Below, piece by piece: positions 7,956 to 17,065 of a DNA stretch of 32,000 bases; the stretch's first letter is position 1, and every line of letters starts with the position of its first letter. The position numbers were made by a program, and so were the translations under genes. Under the pieces are notes generated by a model. That model was not told the DNA's origin. It was given only the letters and a program-made list of their open reading frames with translations, and did not search any database. The stretch is from Acaryochloris marina S15 (GTDB taxonomy: Bacteria > Cyanobacteriota > Cyanobacteriia > Thermosynechococcales > Thermosynechococcaceae), in assembly GCF_018336915.1 (NCBI RefSeq), contig NZ_CP064923.1, positions 2,340,001 through 2,372,000 on the forward strand. The letters are read 5' to 3'.

Positions 7956-9707
7956 TTACGCGATCGCATTCCCTTCTAACACCCTCTCAGACTCAGATAA
8001 TTCCCAAGTCGTATCTGCTGCCAACTTCAGGGTGCGCTCGTGATAATTCGTTAGGGTTGATCGGTGGCCCACGCTCAAAAAGGTTGTTTCCAGATGCTGT
8101 AACTGCTCATATAGCGAAGCTTCATTGCTTAAATCCAAAGCACTCGTAGCCTCATCGAGAATGGCATATTGGGGTTTATTGAGTAAGAGGCGGGCAAAAG
8201 TGAGTCGCTGCTGTTCTCCCAAAGATAGAACTGAAGACCAATCTTCCACCGAGTCAAAGCCGTCAAACCGTTCATCTAAATCCGGTAGATTAATTTGCTG
8301 CAAAATGGCCTTAAGCTCTTCGTCACTGGCCTCAATTTCCATATTGGGATAAATCATCTGATCCCGGAGACTGCCCACAATCATATAAGGACGCTGAGGT
8401 AGGAAGAGAATATCCTTTGGCTGAGGACGGTGGATGGTGCCTTGGCCCGAATTCCATAGACCAGCCATCGCCCGCAGTAATGAACTCTTACCACATCCAC
8501 TTGGCCCTTTGACCAAGAGTCCTTCTCCCTCCAACAAAGATATAGAGAGATCAGTAATTAAGGTCCTCTGATAGTTAGGAGTCATCAGGGTTAGATCAGC
8601 CAGGGATAAGCCTTCCCCTTCCTCGACAGTAAAGGTGGTCTGAATAGGCTCTTGCTCTTCGGCGTCAGACTCTGTTGATTCCTCTGTTTCTATTTGGCTA
8701 GGCTGCTCTATGTTTTCAGCAAAGGTATAGAGACGATCAATGCCTGCCCCAAAAGAGGTTAACTCTTGGAAACGGGCCACAATCAAGTTCAAGGAAAAGA
8801 AGATCCGAATAAATGCGCCTTGGGCTTCAGAGACCTTACCCACCTCAAGTTCACCTGCAAAGATGCCAGGAGCCACGACAATGGCAGGCAGGATAAAGGG
8901 CAAAAACTCATAGGCATTGGAAAACACATTCAAATTCAACTGCCAAATAATCAGGTTCTTGAAGTTCTCAAAGGCTTCCATAAACCGATCTTTGACCTGA
9001 TCGGCTTCCTGTTGCTCTCCCCGATAGAAGGCAATTGATTCCGCATTCTCGCGAATGCGTACCAGACTAAAACGGAAATCAGCTTCTTTCTTGAGCTGGG
9101 CAAAATTTAGCCTGACCAGCCCTTTCCCAAATACTCCCACCGTGACGACGGTGCCCAGGACGGCATAAAGCACTAAGAACAATACTAATGAAGAAGAAAT
9201 CTTCCACAATACGCTGCTAAAGGCGATTATCCCTAACAGGGAATCGACAATAATCAGCAGGAAAGTGAGTGATCCCTGGGTAAAACTTTTGACATCTTCA
9301 GCAATTCGCTGGTCGGGGTTATCGATGTCTGTATGCAGATTGTTGAGGTTATAGTAGGCTCGATTGCTGAAATAGTTATCCACATAGCGATTGGTTAGCC
9401 AGCGTCGCCACTGCAGTCCTAATCGATCCCGCAAATAGGTATAACCGGCAAAAATAGGTGCATAAGCCACCAGGACTCCCAGGAAGATCATGATGGTTTG
9501 CCAGAACCGGGCTTCATCCTGGGCTGAAAGGGCTGAAATCATCACCCCTCGACGATTGTTGAGAAGCACGCTTAAGCCGGTATAGCCCAGAGAAAGCACC
9601 ATGACGAGCAGGAGCAATCCCCGCGCTTTCCATTTTTCTTCGCTATTCCAATAGCTAATGGCAATTTTCCAAAATCGCCCTAAGACTTGCAAATTAAATC
9701 GTTCCAT
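7956..9707 (-). CDS. ABC transporter, fused permease/ATPase half-transporter (ABCD / SbmA-BacA-like membrane domain)
   Basis: 583-aa ORF. The N-terminal part is multi-TM. An acidic linker (ETEESTESDAEEQEP) follows. The ATPase part has Walker A GPSGCGKSS, the signature LSLGEQQR and Walker B AILDEATSALD. Confidence 0.9.
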   Translation of the reverse strand: MERFNLQVLGRFWKIAISYWNSEEKWKARGLLLLVMVLSLGYTGLSVLLNNRRGVMISALSAQDEARFWQTIMIFLGVLVAYAPIFAGYTYLRDRLGLQWRRWLTNRYVDNYFSNRAYYNLNNLHTDIDNPDQRIAEDVKSFTQGSLTFLLIIVDSLLGIIAFSSVLWKISSSLVLFLVLYAVLGTVVTVGVFGKGLVRLNFAQLKKEADFRFSLVRIRENAESIAFYRGEQQEADQVKDRFMEAFENFKNLIIWQLNLNVFSNAYEFLPFILPAIVVAPGIFAGELEVGKVSEAQGAFIRIFFSLNLIVARFQELTSFGAGIDRLYTFAENIEQPSQIETEESTESDAEEQEPIQTTFTVEEGEGLSLADLTLMTPNYQRTLITDLSISLLEGEGLLVKGPSGCGKSSLLRAMAGLWNSGQGTIHRPQPKDILFLPQRPYMIVGSLRDQMIYPNMEIEASDEELKAILQQINLPDLDERFDGFDSVEDWSSVLSLGEQQRLTFARLLLNKPQYAILDEATSALDLSNEASLYEQLQHLETTFLSVGHRSTLTNYHERTLKLAADTTWELSESERVLEGNAIA

Positions 9708-9783
9708 TAGACCTTATCGATAACCCGTCCCATACCTGACGTTAACCTAGTTAAGGTAAGAAGGGGTTGTTTGCCCGTTAACG

Positions 9784-10674
9784 ATGGAACCTATGTCTAA
9801 TTCACCTACGCCTCGGCAGATTCTAGAAACGTTATTACCGCCTTTAAGACTAGCCGCTGCCTATTCCAAAAATATTCAGCCCGTGATTGCAGCTTGTCCC
9901 GAAAAAACCGATCAGCAAAATCACTTTGGCGCTGCTTTATCAGATGCCGATTTGTCGATTCAAACTTTGGTGGAAGTGGCCCTTTTAGGGGCTTATCCTC
10001 AAATCCGGTTCTACGGGGAGGAGTATGAAAAAACGGCGAATACTAAATATTTCCGAGCCATTGATTTAGGGCCAGATGGAGATTATTTAGTCACCCTCGA
10101 TCCTATTGACGGCACCCGCTTCTACCTAGATGGTCATGATAATTATCAAATTATTGTGGGTGTTCTGAATCAAGACGAATATGAGGCAGTCCTCGCCATT
10201 TCACCGGCCCAGGATTGCTATTACTATGCCCTGCGGGGCGTAGGGACCTTTTTGGGTTCTCTAGAATCCTCCTTAGACCAGTGCCAGAAACTCCAACTTG
10301 AGAATCCAAAACCTCTTATTTATTTGGGTTGGGGACTCTCGGATCGCCTTCCTGATGTTGGTCCTGCTTATCAAATCAATGATCTGAAAACGGCCTATAC
10401 CGCAGATACCTTTGCACCCAATATCAATGCCATTCTCAAAGGAGAATTTGCTGGTGCCATCTTGGAATCGGGTAAGTTTATCGATGGAGCTGCCATTGCT
10501 TTCTTAGCCCAGGAAGCAGGCTGTATCGTCACCACATTTACGGGAGATCCTCTGCCGCCCTTACAGACCAGTCAAAACTACCAACGACCCGGCTTAATAG
10601 TGGCAACTTCAGCGACGGTTCACCAAGATCTGATGCAGGCTGTCGCTCAACACTTACTGATTTCAGCGAGTTAG
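9784..10674 (+). CDS. Inositol monophosphatase-family protein (IMPase / bisphosphate nucleotidase superfamily)
   Basis: 296-aa ORF with FYGEEYE, LDPIDGTRFY (the DPIDGT metal-binding motif) and IDGAAIAFLAQEAG (WDxAAG-like). Confidence 0.8.
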   Translation: MEPMSNSPTPRQILETLLPPLRLAAAYSKNIQPVIAACPEKTDQQNHFGAALSDADLSIQTLVEVALLGAYPQIRFYGEEYEKTANTKYFRAIDLGPDGDYLVTLDPIDGTRFYLDGHDNYQIIVGVLNQDEYEAVLAISPAQDCYYYALRGVGTFLGSLESSLDQCQKLQLENPKPLIYLGWGLSDRLPDVGPAYQINDLKTAYTADTFAPNINAILKGEFAGAILESGKFIDGAAIAFLAQEAGCIVTTFTGDPLPPLQTSQNYQRPGLIVATSATVHQDLMQAVAQHLLISAS

Positions 10675-11790
10675 TTTAATGGGTTGATTCACCTTGATAT
10701 GAATGTCGTACTGGGGGAGCAACGTCCCGACAATATAAGAGCGATGGGCGATCAAGGCTTCATGGAACTGTTTCCAATGGCTTTCTAGGAAATTAGAGTC
10801 ATACTGAAAGACTTCTTCCCCTGTATCAAGCAAGGCTTCAGTCCCAATCGCATCATATTTCCAAGAGCCGATGCCTTTATGGACATAGGAAAGATGGGCA
10901 ATGCCAAAACTAAATCGCCCCTGGCCAATTAAGTCTAGCCACTGCCGATACCGAATCTCATTATTTTTATGGGTGATGGATGGTAAGTGCTCAGCAATGA
11001 CAACCTTGTCCTTTGGCGGTAGCCCAGTAACTCGGGCATCTGGATCCCCCAACCGATAGCGCTGTAACCACTGGCACATGTGATCTGCCGCTTCTAAATA
11101 GTCTTGGGGGTTGTTTCTGATGATTTTCTCGTTGAGACCATTGGTATAGCCCCATTTCAAAAAGGGTTTATCAGGATGTCCTAAGACGGCTCCATGGCCA
11201 AGGGGAAAGACTTCACTCAGAAGATGGCCGGTAAAATTGTCGACGACTTTTTTTTTGAAGTAGGCTTTGACCTTTTTAGTGAATTTAAGGTCGAGATTGC
11301 CCCGGGAGTCGATGAGTTTTCTGGCTTCATTCACTTGGTGGTTCACTCCCGCAAATCCCTGATGAGCCCAGGTGTCAGCATAGACATGCATCGCAATGCC
11401 CAGCCGATACAGACCATGATCGGTTTGGCGCAGCTGGATACATTCTCGCAACATATCCTGGGCTACATGGCTATTGGGACGGCAGATTAATTTATTAATA
11501 AAGGTGCCATTAGGGTTCTGGTGGGCGGACAGCCCCTCATTCCCCGGCAAAAAATGAAACGGAATCCAAACTTGATAGTTTGCTAGTTGGCGAAAATTCC
11601 GATAATCCAGCAGTTTATGGGCAGAACTAATGTGATTGAATACAGTGCCATTGTTAAAGCGAATTAAGCCAGAATTGGTGGCGTCATCAACATATTGAGC
11701 GCAGTGGGCAATGACATTGGCTTCTGGGTGATCGAACCCAGCCAAACGGGCCACGATATAGGTGACGCCGTTATGGAAATCTATTTGCAT
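10663..11790 (-). CDS. Conserved hypothetical protein, His-rich (possible metal-dependent hydrolase fold)
   Basis: Long clean ORF (the track gives 10663-11829 from a GTG). I prefer the ATG at 11790 (MQIDFHNGVTY). His/Asp clusters include DFHNG, AHCAQYVDD, MHVYADTWAHQGF and GHGAVLGHPD. The functional call is only an inference. Confidence 0.7.
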   Translation of the reverse strand: MQIDFHNGVTYIVARLAGFDHPEANVIAHCAQYVDDATNSGLIRFNNGTVFNHISSAHKLLDYRNFRQLANYQVWIPFHFLPGNEGLSAHQNPNGTFINKLICRPNSHVAQDMLRECIQLRQTDHGLYRLGIAMHVYADTWAHQGFAGVNHQVNEARKLIDSRGNLDLKFTKKVKAYFKKKVVDNFTGHLLSEVFPLGHGAVLGHPDKPFLKWGYTNGLNEKIIRNNPQDYLEAADHMCQWLQRYRLGDPDARVTGLPPKDKVVIAEHLPSITHKNNEIRYRQWLDLIGQGRFSFGIAHLSYVHKGIGSWKYDAIGTEALLDTGEEVFQYDSNFLESHWKQFHEALIAHRSYIVGTLLPQYDIHIKVNQPIKLTR

Positions 11791-12429
11791 TCTGGGTGTG
11801 GCTCCCTTAGCGGAAAGGGTTGCTATCACACTACCTGAAGATGGTGACGGACGCCCGCAAGCTTATCTTTTCGAGATTGTGACTTGGATGCTGATTCTGC
11901 AACCTATTTTTAGAGAAAATTTGATGGCTAAGCATTGCTCTAAGGTGTTTTGAGAGAGTGTGACCAGGAAGAAAATTAGTCGGTTAGGGACCAGCACGGC
12001 GGCGGACCATAAACTAACCTTAATTTCAGGAAATACGAAGTTTAACCAGCTAAAGGAATGGAATTTAATCCCTCAATATTAGGGACATGCCCAGATTTGC
12101 TAGCCATTGACGGGGCTTTGTCTTGGGGAAATATCGATCTATTGATTGAGCAATAATGATGATTGAGTAGGCCAGATGTGCTTAATCTTGCATCGTCATG
12201 GGAAGGATACAGGTTTAATCGCAACGGTATTATTTGTACCCTGTGTTTTTTGGATTTATGCCCAAATGGAAAGTCGTGCGAGGGGTAATCAGTGCATTGG
12301 GTTAGCGGCTAGCAAATGCGATTTTACGCCTGGTCGTGATCCGTAAATTGAGGTTAAACAATCTGTGGATTGGGGGTGCGATCGCATCACCAATCCCCCA
12401 TAATGGCGAAGTTGCTCTAGATTGCATCT

Positions 12430-13278
12430 ATGTCCGTATCATTCACCTGTCGCCAGGAGACTGTCTGCTTTGGTGGCACCATGGGATTCTATAGTCATGA
12501 CTCCCAAACCTGCCGCACCCCCATGAATTTTGCTGTGTATCAGCCTCCCCAGGCCGAGACAGGTCCGGTTCCCGTCCTCTACTTTTTATCGGGACTCACC
12601 TGCACAGAAGAGAATTTTGTAACCAAGGCGGGGGCTCAGCGATATGCGGCCGAATATGGCGTCATGCTCGTGGCACCCGATACCAGTCCTCGGGATGGCG
12701 AAACCCCAGGTGCCGAGGACGATTGGGATTTAGGAACTGGTGCAGGGTTTTATGTGAATGCAACGGCTGACCCTTGGGCCAAGCACTATCATATGTATGA
12801 CTATGTCGTGGAAGAGCTACCGGCACTAATTGCCCAGTTCTTCCCTGCCAATCCTGAGCGACAAAGTATTTGTGGTCATTCCATGGGGGGACATGGGGCG
12901 TTGGTCTGTGGTTTGCGGAATCGCGAACGCTATCGGTCCATTTCAGCTTTTGCCCCGATCGTGGCTCCTACGCGCTGCCCTTGGGGACATAAAGTCTTTT
13001 CCAGATATTTAGGCGTGGATATGGAGACTTGGAAGCAATATGATGCTTGTGAATTAGTGCATCAATACCAAGATGATCGCCCTCTGCTGGTGGACCAAGG
13101 CACGGCGGACTCTTTTCTCGAAGAACAATTGCGGCCTCACTTGCTACAGGACGCTTGTGACCAGGCCCAGCGTCCCTTAACCCTAAGAATGCAGCCAGGC
13201 TATGACCATAGCTACTATTTCATCGCTAGTTTTATCGGTGATCACATCAAATTTCATGCCGAGTATTTGGGTTTGTAA
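12430..13278 (+). CDS. fghA: S-formylglutathione hydrolase (esterase D)
   Basis: 282-aa ORF with VLYFLSGLTCTEENF, the nucleophile elbow GHSMGGHGAL, and YDHSYYFI near the C-terminus. This is the typical FghA/FrmB/esterase D pattern. Confidence 0.92.
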   Translation: MSVSFTCRQETVCFGGTMGFYSHDSQTCRTPMNFAVYQPPQAETGPVPVLYFLSGLTCTEENFVTKAGAQRYAAEYGVMLVAPDTSPRDGETPGAEDDWDLGTGAGFYVNATADPWAKHYHMYDYVVEELPALIAQFFPANPERQSICGHSMGGHGALVCGLRNRERYRSISAFAPIVAPTRCPWGHKVFSRYLGVDMETWKQYDACELVHQYQDDRPLLVDQGTADSFLEEQLRPHLLQDACDQAQRPLTLRMQPGYDHSYYFIASFIGDHIKFHAEYLGL

Positions 13279-13354
13279 GGGTTTCCTCAACTGAAATTCG
13301 GTACCAGGGGAAACAATGTCCTAAAATTAGGGGATTGCCCACCCTCTCAGTTCC

Positions 13355-13909
13355 ATGGACATCCAGGCATTTATTCAACAAAGTTGTGGCCGATGGTTTA
13401 CGCAGCGCACCTGTCATCAGATTGGAAATTTATCTTCTGATGCCCAATCAGCGCAGCTTTGTGTGGAGAAGCTAAGCTTAGAGGATGTGGCTGTTTTGGA
13501 ATTGTGCAAAGCGGCCGAGACTGATCCGACCTTGGCTCAGTGCGCCGCTAAAATTTCCTGGAAGGGACAAGGGTTTCAGGCCCAACCTCAAGAAGCGGGG
13601 GAGCTACTGATGGTGGCCCTATCGAACGTATCTAACCAAGGGGAAATACTACAACAGGTGGGTTCAGCCCCTTTTATGCGACTTAATTTTCATATTGACG
13701 AAGATCAAAGACTGATCCTAACGGGAACCCAAGATCAATTGCATTTGGAGGAACGGGTATGGTTCGCCAGCCCTAATTTGCGCTTGCGCATCAGTCTTTT
13801 AAAACAGGCGAATCAACTATATCAAGCGACTTGGTATTCTGAAGTGCGGATGGGGGTTTTGCCCGAACCTGCGCCAGAAGAACTGCCCCATGCCGCCTCG
13901 ACGAAGTAA
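13355..13909 (+). CDS. CpcS/CpeS-family phycobiliprotein lyase
   Basis: 184-aa ORF. The N-terminal F..QSCGRWFTQRTCHQ and the C-terminal EERVWFASPNLRLRISLLK..WYSEVRMG match the conserved S/U-type bilin lyase blocks (SxGKWxSxRTxHH and WFASPNLRxR..SEIR). Confidence 0.8.
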   Translation: MDIQAFIQQSCGRWFTQRTCHQIGNLSSDAQSAQLCVEKLSLEDVAVLELCKAAETDPTLAQCAAKISWKGQGFQAQPQEAGELLMVALSNVSNQGEILQQVGSAPFMRLNFHIDEDQRLILTGTQDQLHLEERVWFASPNLRLRISLLKQANQLYQATWYSEVRMGVLPEPAPEELPHAASTK

Positions 13910-13959
13910 ACGGCTTGCAGAAGTAATCATTCAAATTATTTAGAAATAGGGATATCAGT

Positions 13960-15321
13960 ATGGGGTTACCCATTGTTGCCATTGTTGGTCGCCCAAATGT
14001 GGGTAAGTCAACCCTAGTCAATCGACTCACGGGAATGATGGACGCGATTGTCCATGATTCGCCTGGCGTCACTCGCGATCGCACCTATCGTCCTGGCCTC
14101 TGGAATGGTCGAGACTTTTCCCTAGTGGATACCGGCGGACTCGTGTTTGATGATCAGACGGAATTCCTCCCCTTTATCCGTCAACAAGTCATGATTGCCT
14201 TAGCAGAGGCCACCGTAGTGGTGATGGTGGTGGATGGGCAGGCAGGCCCTACCCCTGCAGACCATGAAATTGCTCGTTGGTTGAGGTTACAAAATACTCC
14301 CGTCTTACTGGCAGTCAATAAATGCGAATCACCGGATCAAGGCATCACCCAGGCGGCACAATTTTGGGAATTGTCTTTAGACGAACCCCTACCCGTTTCG
14401 GGAATCCATGGTAATGGCACCGGGGATCTCTTAGATCAAGTGGTCGAACATTTCTCAGAAACACCTGAAGCGGCTGAAGAACCGGAGATCAAGGTGGCGA
14501 TAGTGGGACGGCCGAATGTCGGTAAATCCAGCTTGCTGAATGCTTTTGTTGGCGAGAATCGCTCGATTGTTAGCCCCATTTCGGGGACAACCCGCGACAC
14601 GATTGATATGGTGGTCCGTCGAGGTGACCAAACCTATCGCTTTATTGATACGGCAGGAATTCGTCGTAAAAAGAATGTCTCCTATGGGCCGGAGTTCTTT
14701 GGCATTAATCGGGCGTTTAAAGCGATACGGCGATCGCAAGTCGTATTGTTTGTGATTGATGCCTTGGATGGTGTCACAGAACAGGACCAGAAGCTAGCTG
14801 GCCGCATTATTGATGATGGCCGGGCCTGTGTTCTGGTGGTCAACAAATGGGATGCCGTTACAAAGGACACCTACACTATTAACGAGTTTGGTAAGCAAAT
14901 TCGAGCCCGTCTCAATTTTATGGACTGGGCAGAAATGATTTTTGTTAGTGCCCAAACCGGACAACGGGTAGAAAAAATTCTGAACTTGGTGGATACTGCT
15001 GCTCAACAATTTGAACAGCGGGTGACGACTTCGGTGATTAATGAGGTCTTGGAAGAAGCTGTGAGCTGGCATACGCCTCCCACCACTCGCCAAGGACGGC
15101 AAGGCAAAATTTACTACGGCACCCAGGTGAGTAGCCAGCCGCCTACGATTGCTCTGTTTGTGAATAATCCTGTCCACTTCAAAGACAATTATCGTCGTTA
15201 TATCGAACGACAGTTCCGTGAAAATTTAAACTTTACGGGCACCCCTATCCGCCTACTTTGGCGAGGGAAGAAGCTGCGAGATATGGAGCGAAATACTGCG
15301 AATCGAGCAACCCGAGCTTGA
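13960..15321 (+). CDS. der: Ribosome-biogenesis GTPase Der (EngA), two tandem GTPase domains plus a KH-like domain
   Basis: Two G domains are present. The first has [18 protein letters not shown] and NKCE. The second has [18 protein letters not shown] and NKWD. The C-terminal [19 protein letters not shown] motif is also present. Confidence 0.97.
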   Translation: MGLPIVAIVGRPNVGKSTLVNRLTGMMDAIVHDSPGVTRDRTYRPGLWNGRDFSLVDTGGLVFDDQTEFLPFIRQQVMIALAEATVVVMVVDGQAGPTPADHEIARWLRLQNTPVLLAVNKCESPDQGITQAAQFWELSLDEPLPVSGIHGNGTGDLLDQVVEHFSETPEAAEEPEIKVAIVGRPNVGKSSLLNAFVGENRSIVSPISGTTRDTIDMVVRRGDQTYRFIDTAGIRRKKNVSYGPEFFGINRAFKAIRRSQVVLFVIDALDGVTEQDQKLAGRIIDDGRACVLVVNKWDAVTKDTYTINEFGKQIRARLNFMDWAEMIFVSAQTGQRVEKILNLVDTAAQQFEQRVTTSVINEVLEEAVSWHTPPTTRQGRQGKIYYGTQVSSQPPTIALFVNNPVHFKDNYRRYIERQFRENLNFTGTPIRLLWRGKKLRDMERNTANRATRA

Positions 15322-15443
15322 ATTAACTTACAGATTTAATGACTAAATTATTCCTGATTTCTAAGGGATTTAGGATGCATAGAATATAGCAGGGTCAATA
15401 GTAAAATACGATTGTATTTATGAGTTGAGAATCATCCAGAACT

Positions 15444-15845
15444 CTAATTGCAGCGATTAGATTTTGGCTTAGGTTTTAAGGGCTTAGAATTGTCCTGATT
15501 ATCATTCTCTGAAAGAGAACCTAACACTTTAGTCAGTGGGAACCCTTTACGGAATCTTCCATTATCGGGTGAATCTAAGAGCACTGAACTTGAGCCTGAA
15601 TTGCGTTGCGGACTTGACTGCGCAGTATTTGATAATTTCTTGCTGATTTGACAAAGATCTTGGTTAGAGTAGGTGTTCTCTGATTTCTGCTCTGATAGAG
15701 AAGCGGGAGAAGTGTCTTGTATATCAGAAGCTTTTGGAGATGGACTATTTTTCTCCTGAGCCTGAGATAAAGAAGGTGAAAAATATAAGCAAGATCCTAG
15801 CAATAGAACTGCTGATTTTGAACGCCATTTCATCAGGATATCCAC
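15444..15845 (-). CDS. Hypothetical secreted Ser/Asn-rich low-complexity protein
   Basis: 133-aa ORF in a visibly AT-rich region. It has a signal-peptide-like N-terminus (KSAVLLLGSCLYFSPSLSQAQE). There is no homology evidence, so coding status is moderate. Confidence 0.45.
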   Translation of the reverse strand: MDILMKWRSKSAVLLLGSCLYFSPSLSQAQEKNSPSPKASDIQDTSPASLSEQKSENTYSNQDLCQISKKLSNTAQSSPQRNSGSSSVLLDSPDNGRFRKGFPLTKVLGSLSENDNQDNSKPLKPKPKSNRCN

Positions 15846-16397
15846 CAGTATTAAGAAATTGAAAAAGGCTAGACTGTTATTTCCAGTCTAACGAAAAGTT
15901 AGTTCTATCAAGAGAGGTTCATACAGTAATACGCTATAGCTTCTTTGCTTTAAGCTCTAAACTTTCCTATTGCAAGTTTGAATAGGGAGTGAACTGGGAA
16001 TAAATACATTGCACGGAACCTTACGAGGCTTGTTTTCCTGTTAACTCAGCTTTAGATAGTACATTTATACTAAAATGTTTCTTCGGCTATCACTTAGATT
16101 TTTTTAATCATGTAGTTTTTCTAGCTTTATTCTTACAAGCTTGTTTAGATGAGGCTCCAATCCTGCTTTGGCCAGGGGATTGGGGCTAATCTTATGCCAG
16201 TAAATACTCTCCTCTGACTTTGATTGTGTGGCAAAACTCACTTTGAAGGTGGTTAGTAGGGATTAGGGAAGCACTTATTCTTTCCTAAACAGAGCTGACT
16301 TGCCATTTCTGACATATATAAACTGTGCTACAACCATTTACTGCTAAAGCACTCAGATAATTCTGGCCAAGATTTAAATGATCGCAAGTGGGAAAAA

Positions 16398-16946
16398 ATG
16401 ACTAACGTTTTCTACGCCATTTTGGCCAACTCTTTGACTGCTCTTTTGACGAATACTTTTGTTTGGTTTGCGGCAACATTTTGGGTCTATTTGCAAACTG
16501 AGTCTGTATTGGCAATGTCGGTGATGGCGGGAATCTATCTGATCACCGTTTCTATTTCTGGATTCTTCTTGGGGGCGTTGGTGGATCGCTATCGCAAGAA
16601 AACGGTGATGATGCTTTCTAGCCTTTGCTCCCTTATTTTATACACCCTTGCCTATGGCATCCTCGCTTTATCTGATCCTGCGGTCTTTACAGATCCTGGT
16701 AGCCCCAGGCTTTGGGGTTTCATTCTCTTGGTATTGACCGGTGCGATCGCAGGTAATTTACGATCTATTGCCTTATCTACCCTGGTAACGCTGTTAATCC
16801 CTGAAGACAAACGAGATCAGGCCAATGGCTTGGTGGGGACAAGTGATGGCATCTCGTTTCTAGTTGCGTCTACCTTGAGTGGATTGGTGATTGGATTTTT
16901 AGGTGTGCAATGGATGCTGGGAATTGCGATCGCATTTACCTTGCTA
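16398..16946 (+). pseudogene. MFS transporter, 5' fragment (interrupted by IS630-family element)
   Basis: 183 codons of hydrophobic TM helices with the DRYRKK loop motif between TM2 and TM3. The frame ends at a TAG created by the first bases of the inserted element. Confidence 0.85.
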
Positions 16947-16970
16947 TAGATCTTCAGAAAAGCATCCGTG
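16947..16970. repeat. IS left terminal inverted repeat
   Basis: TAGATCTTCAGAAAAGCATCCGTG matches the reverse complement of the right end (TAGATCTACAGATAAAGATCCGTG) at 20 of 24 positions. Confidence 0.85.
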
Positions 16971-17065
16971 GTTTTAGCGACACTACATCTTCATTAAATA
17001 TAGTAACTAGCTCCTGATACTCTTAGCTCTGGCAAGGATTTCAAGATTATCAGAGGTCATCCAGT

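Noticed and set aside
12042-12224. 60-aa minus-strand ORF in the 600-bp gap (also 11762-11953 on the plus strand)
   Set aside because: They are at the minimum length, with no SD and no motif. The gap is treated as non-coding and is flagged as a finding instead.
14455-15177. Minus-strand ORFs 14455-14739, 14682-14870 and 14794-15177, and plus-strand ORF 14540-14755
   Set aside because: All lie inside der, whose two G domains are unambiguous. They are shadow ORFs.
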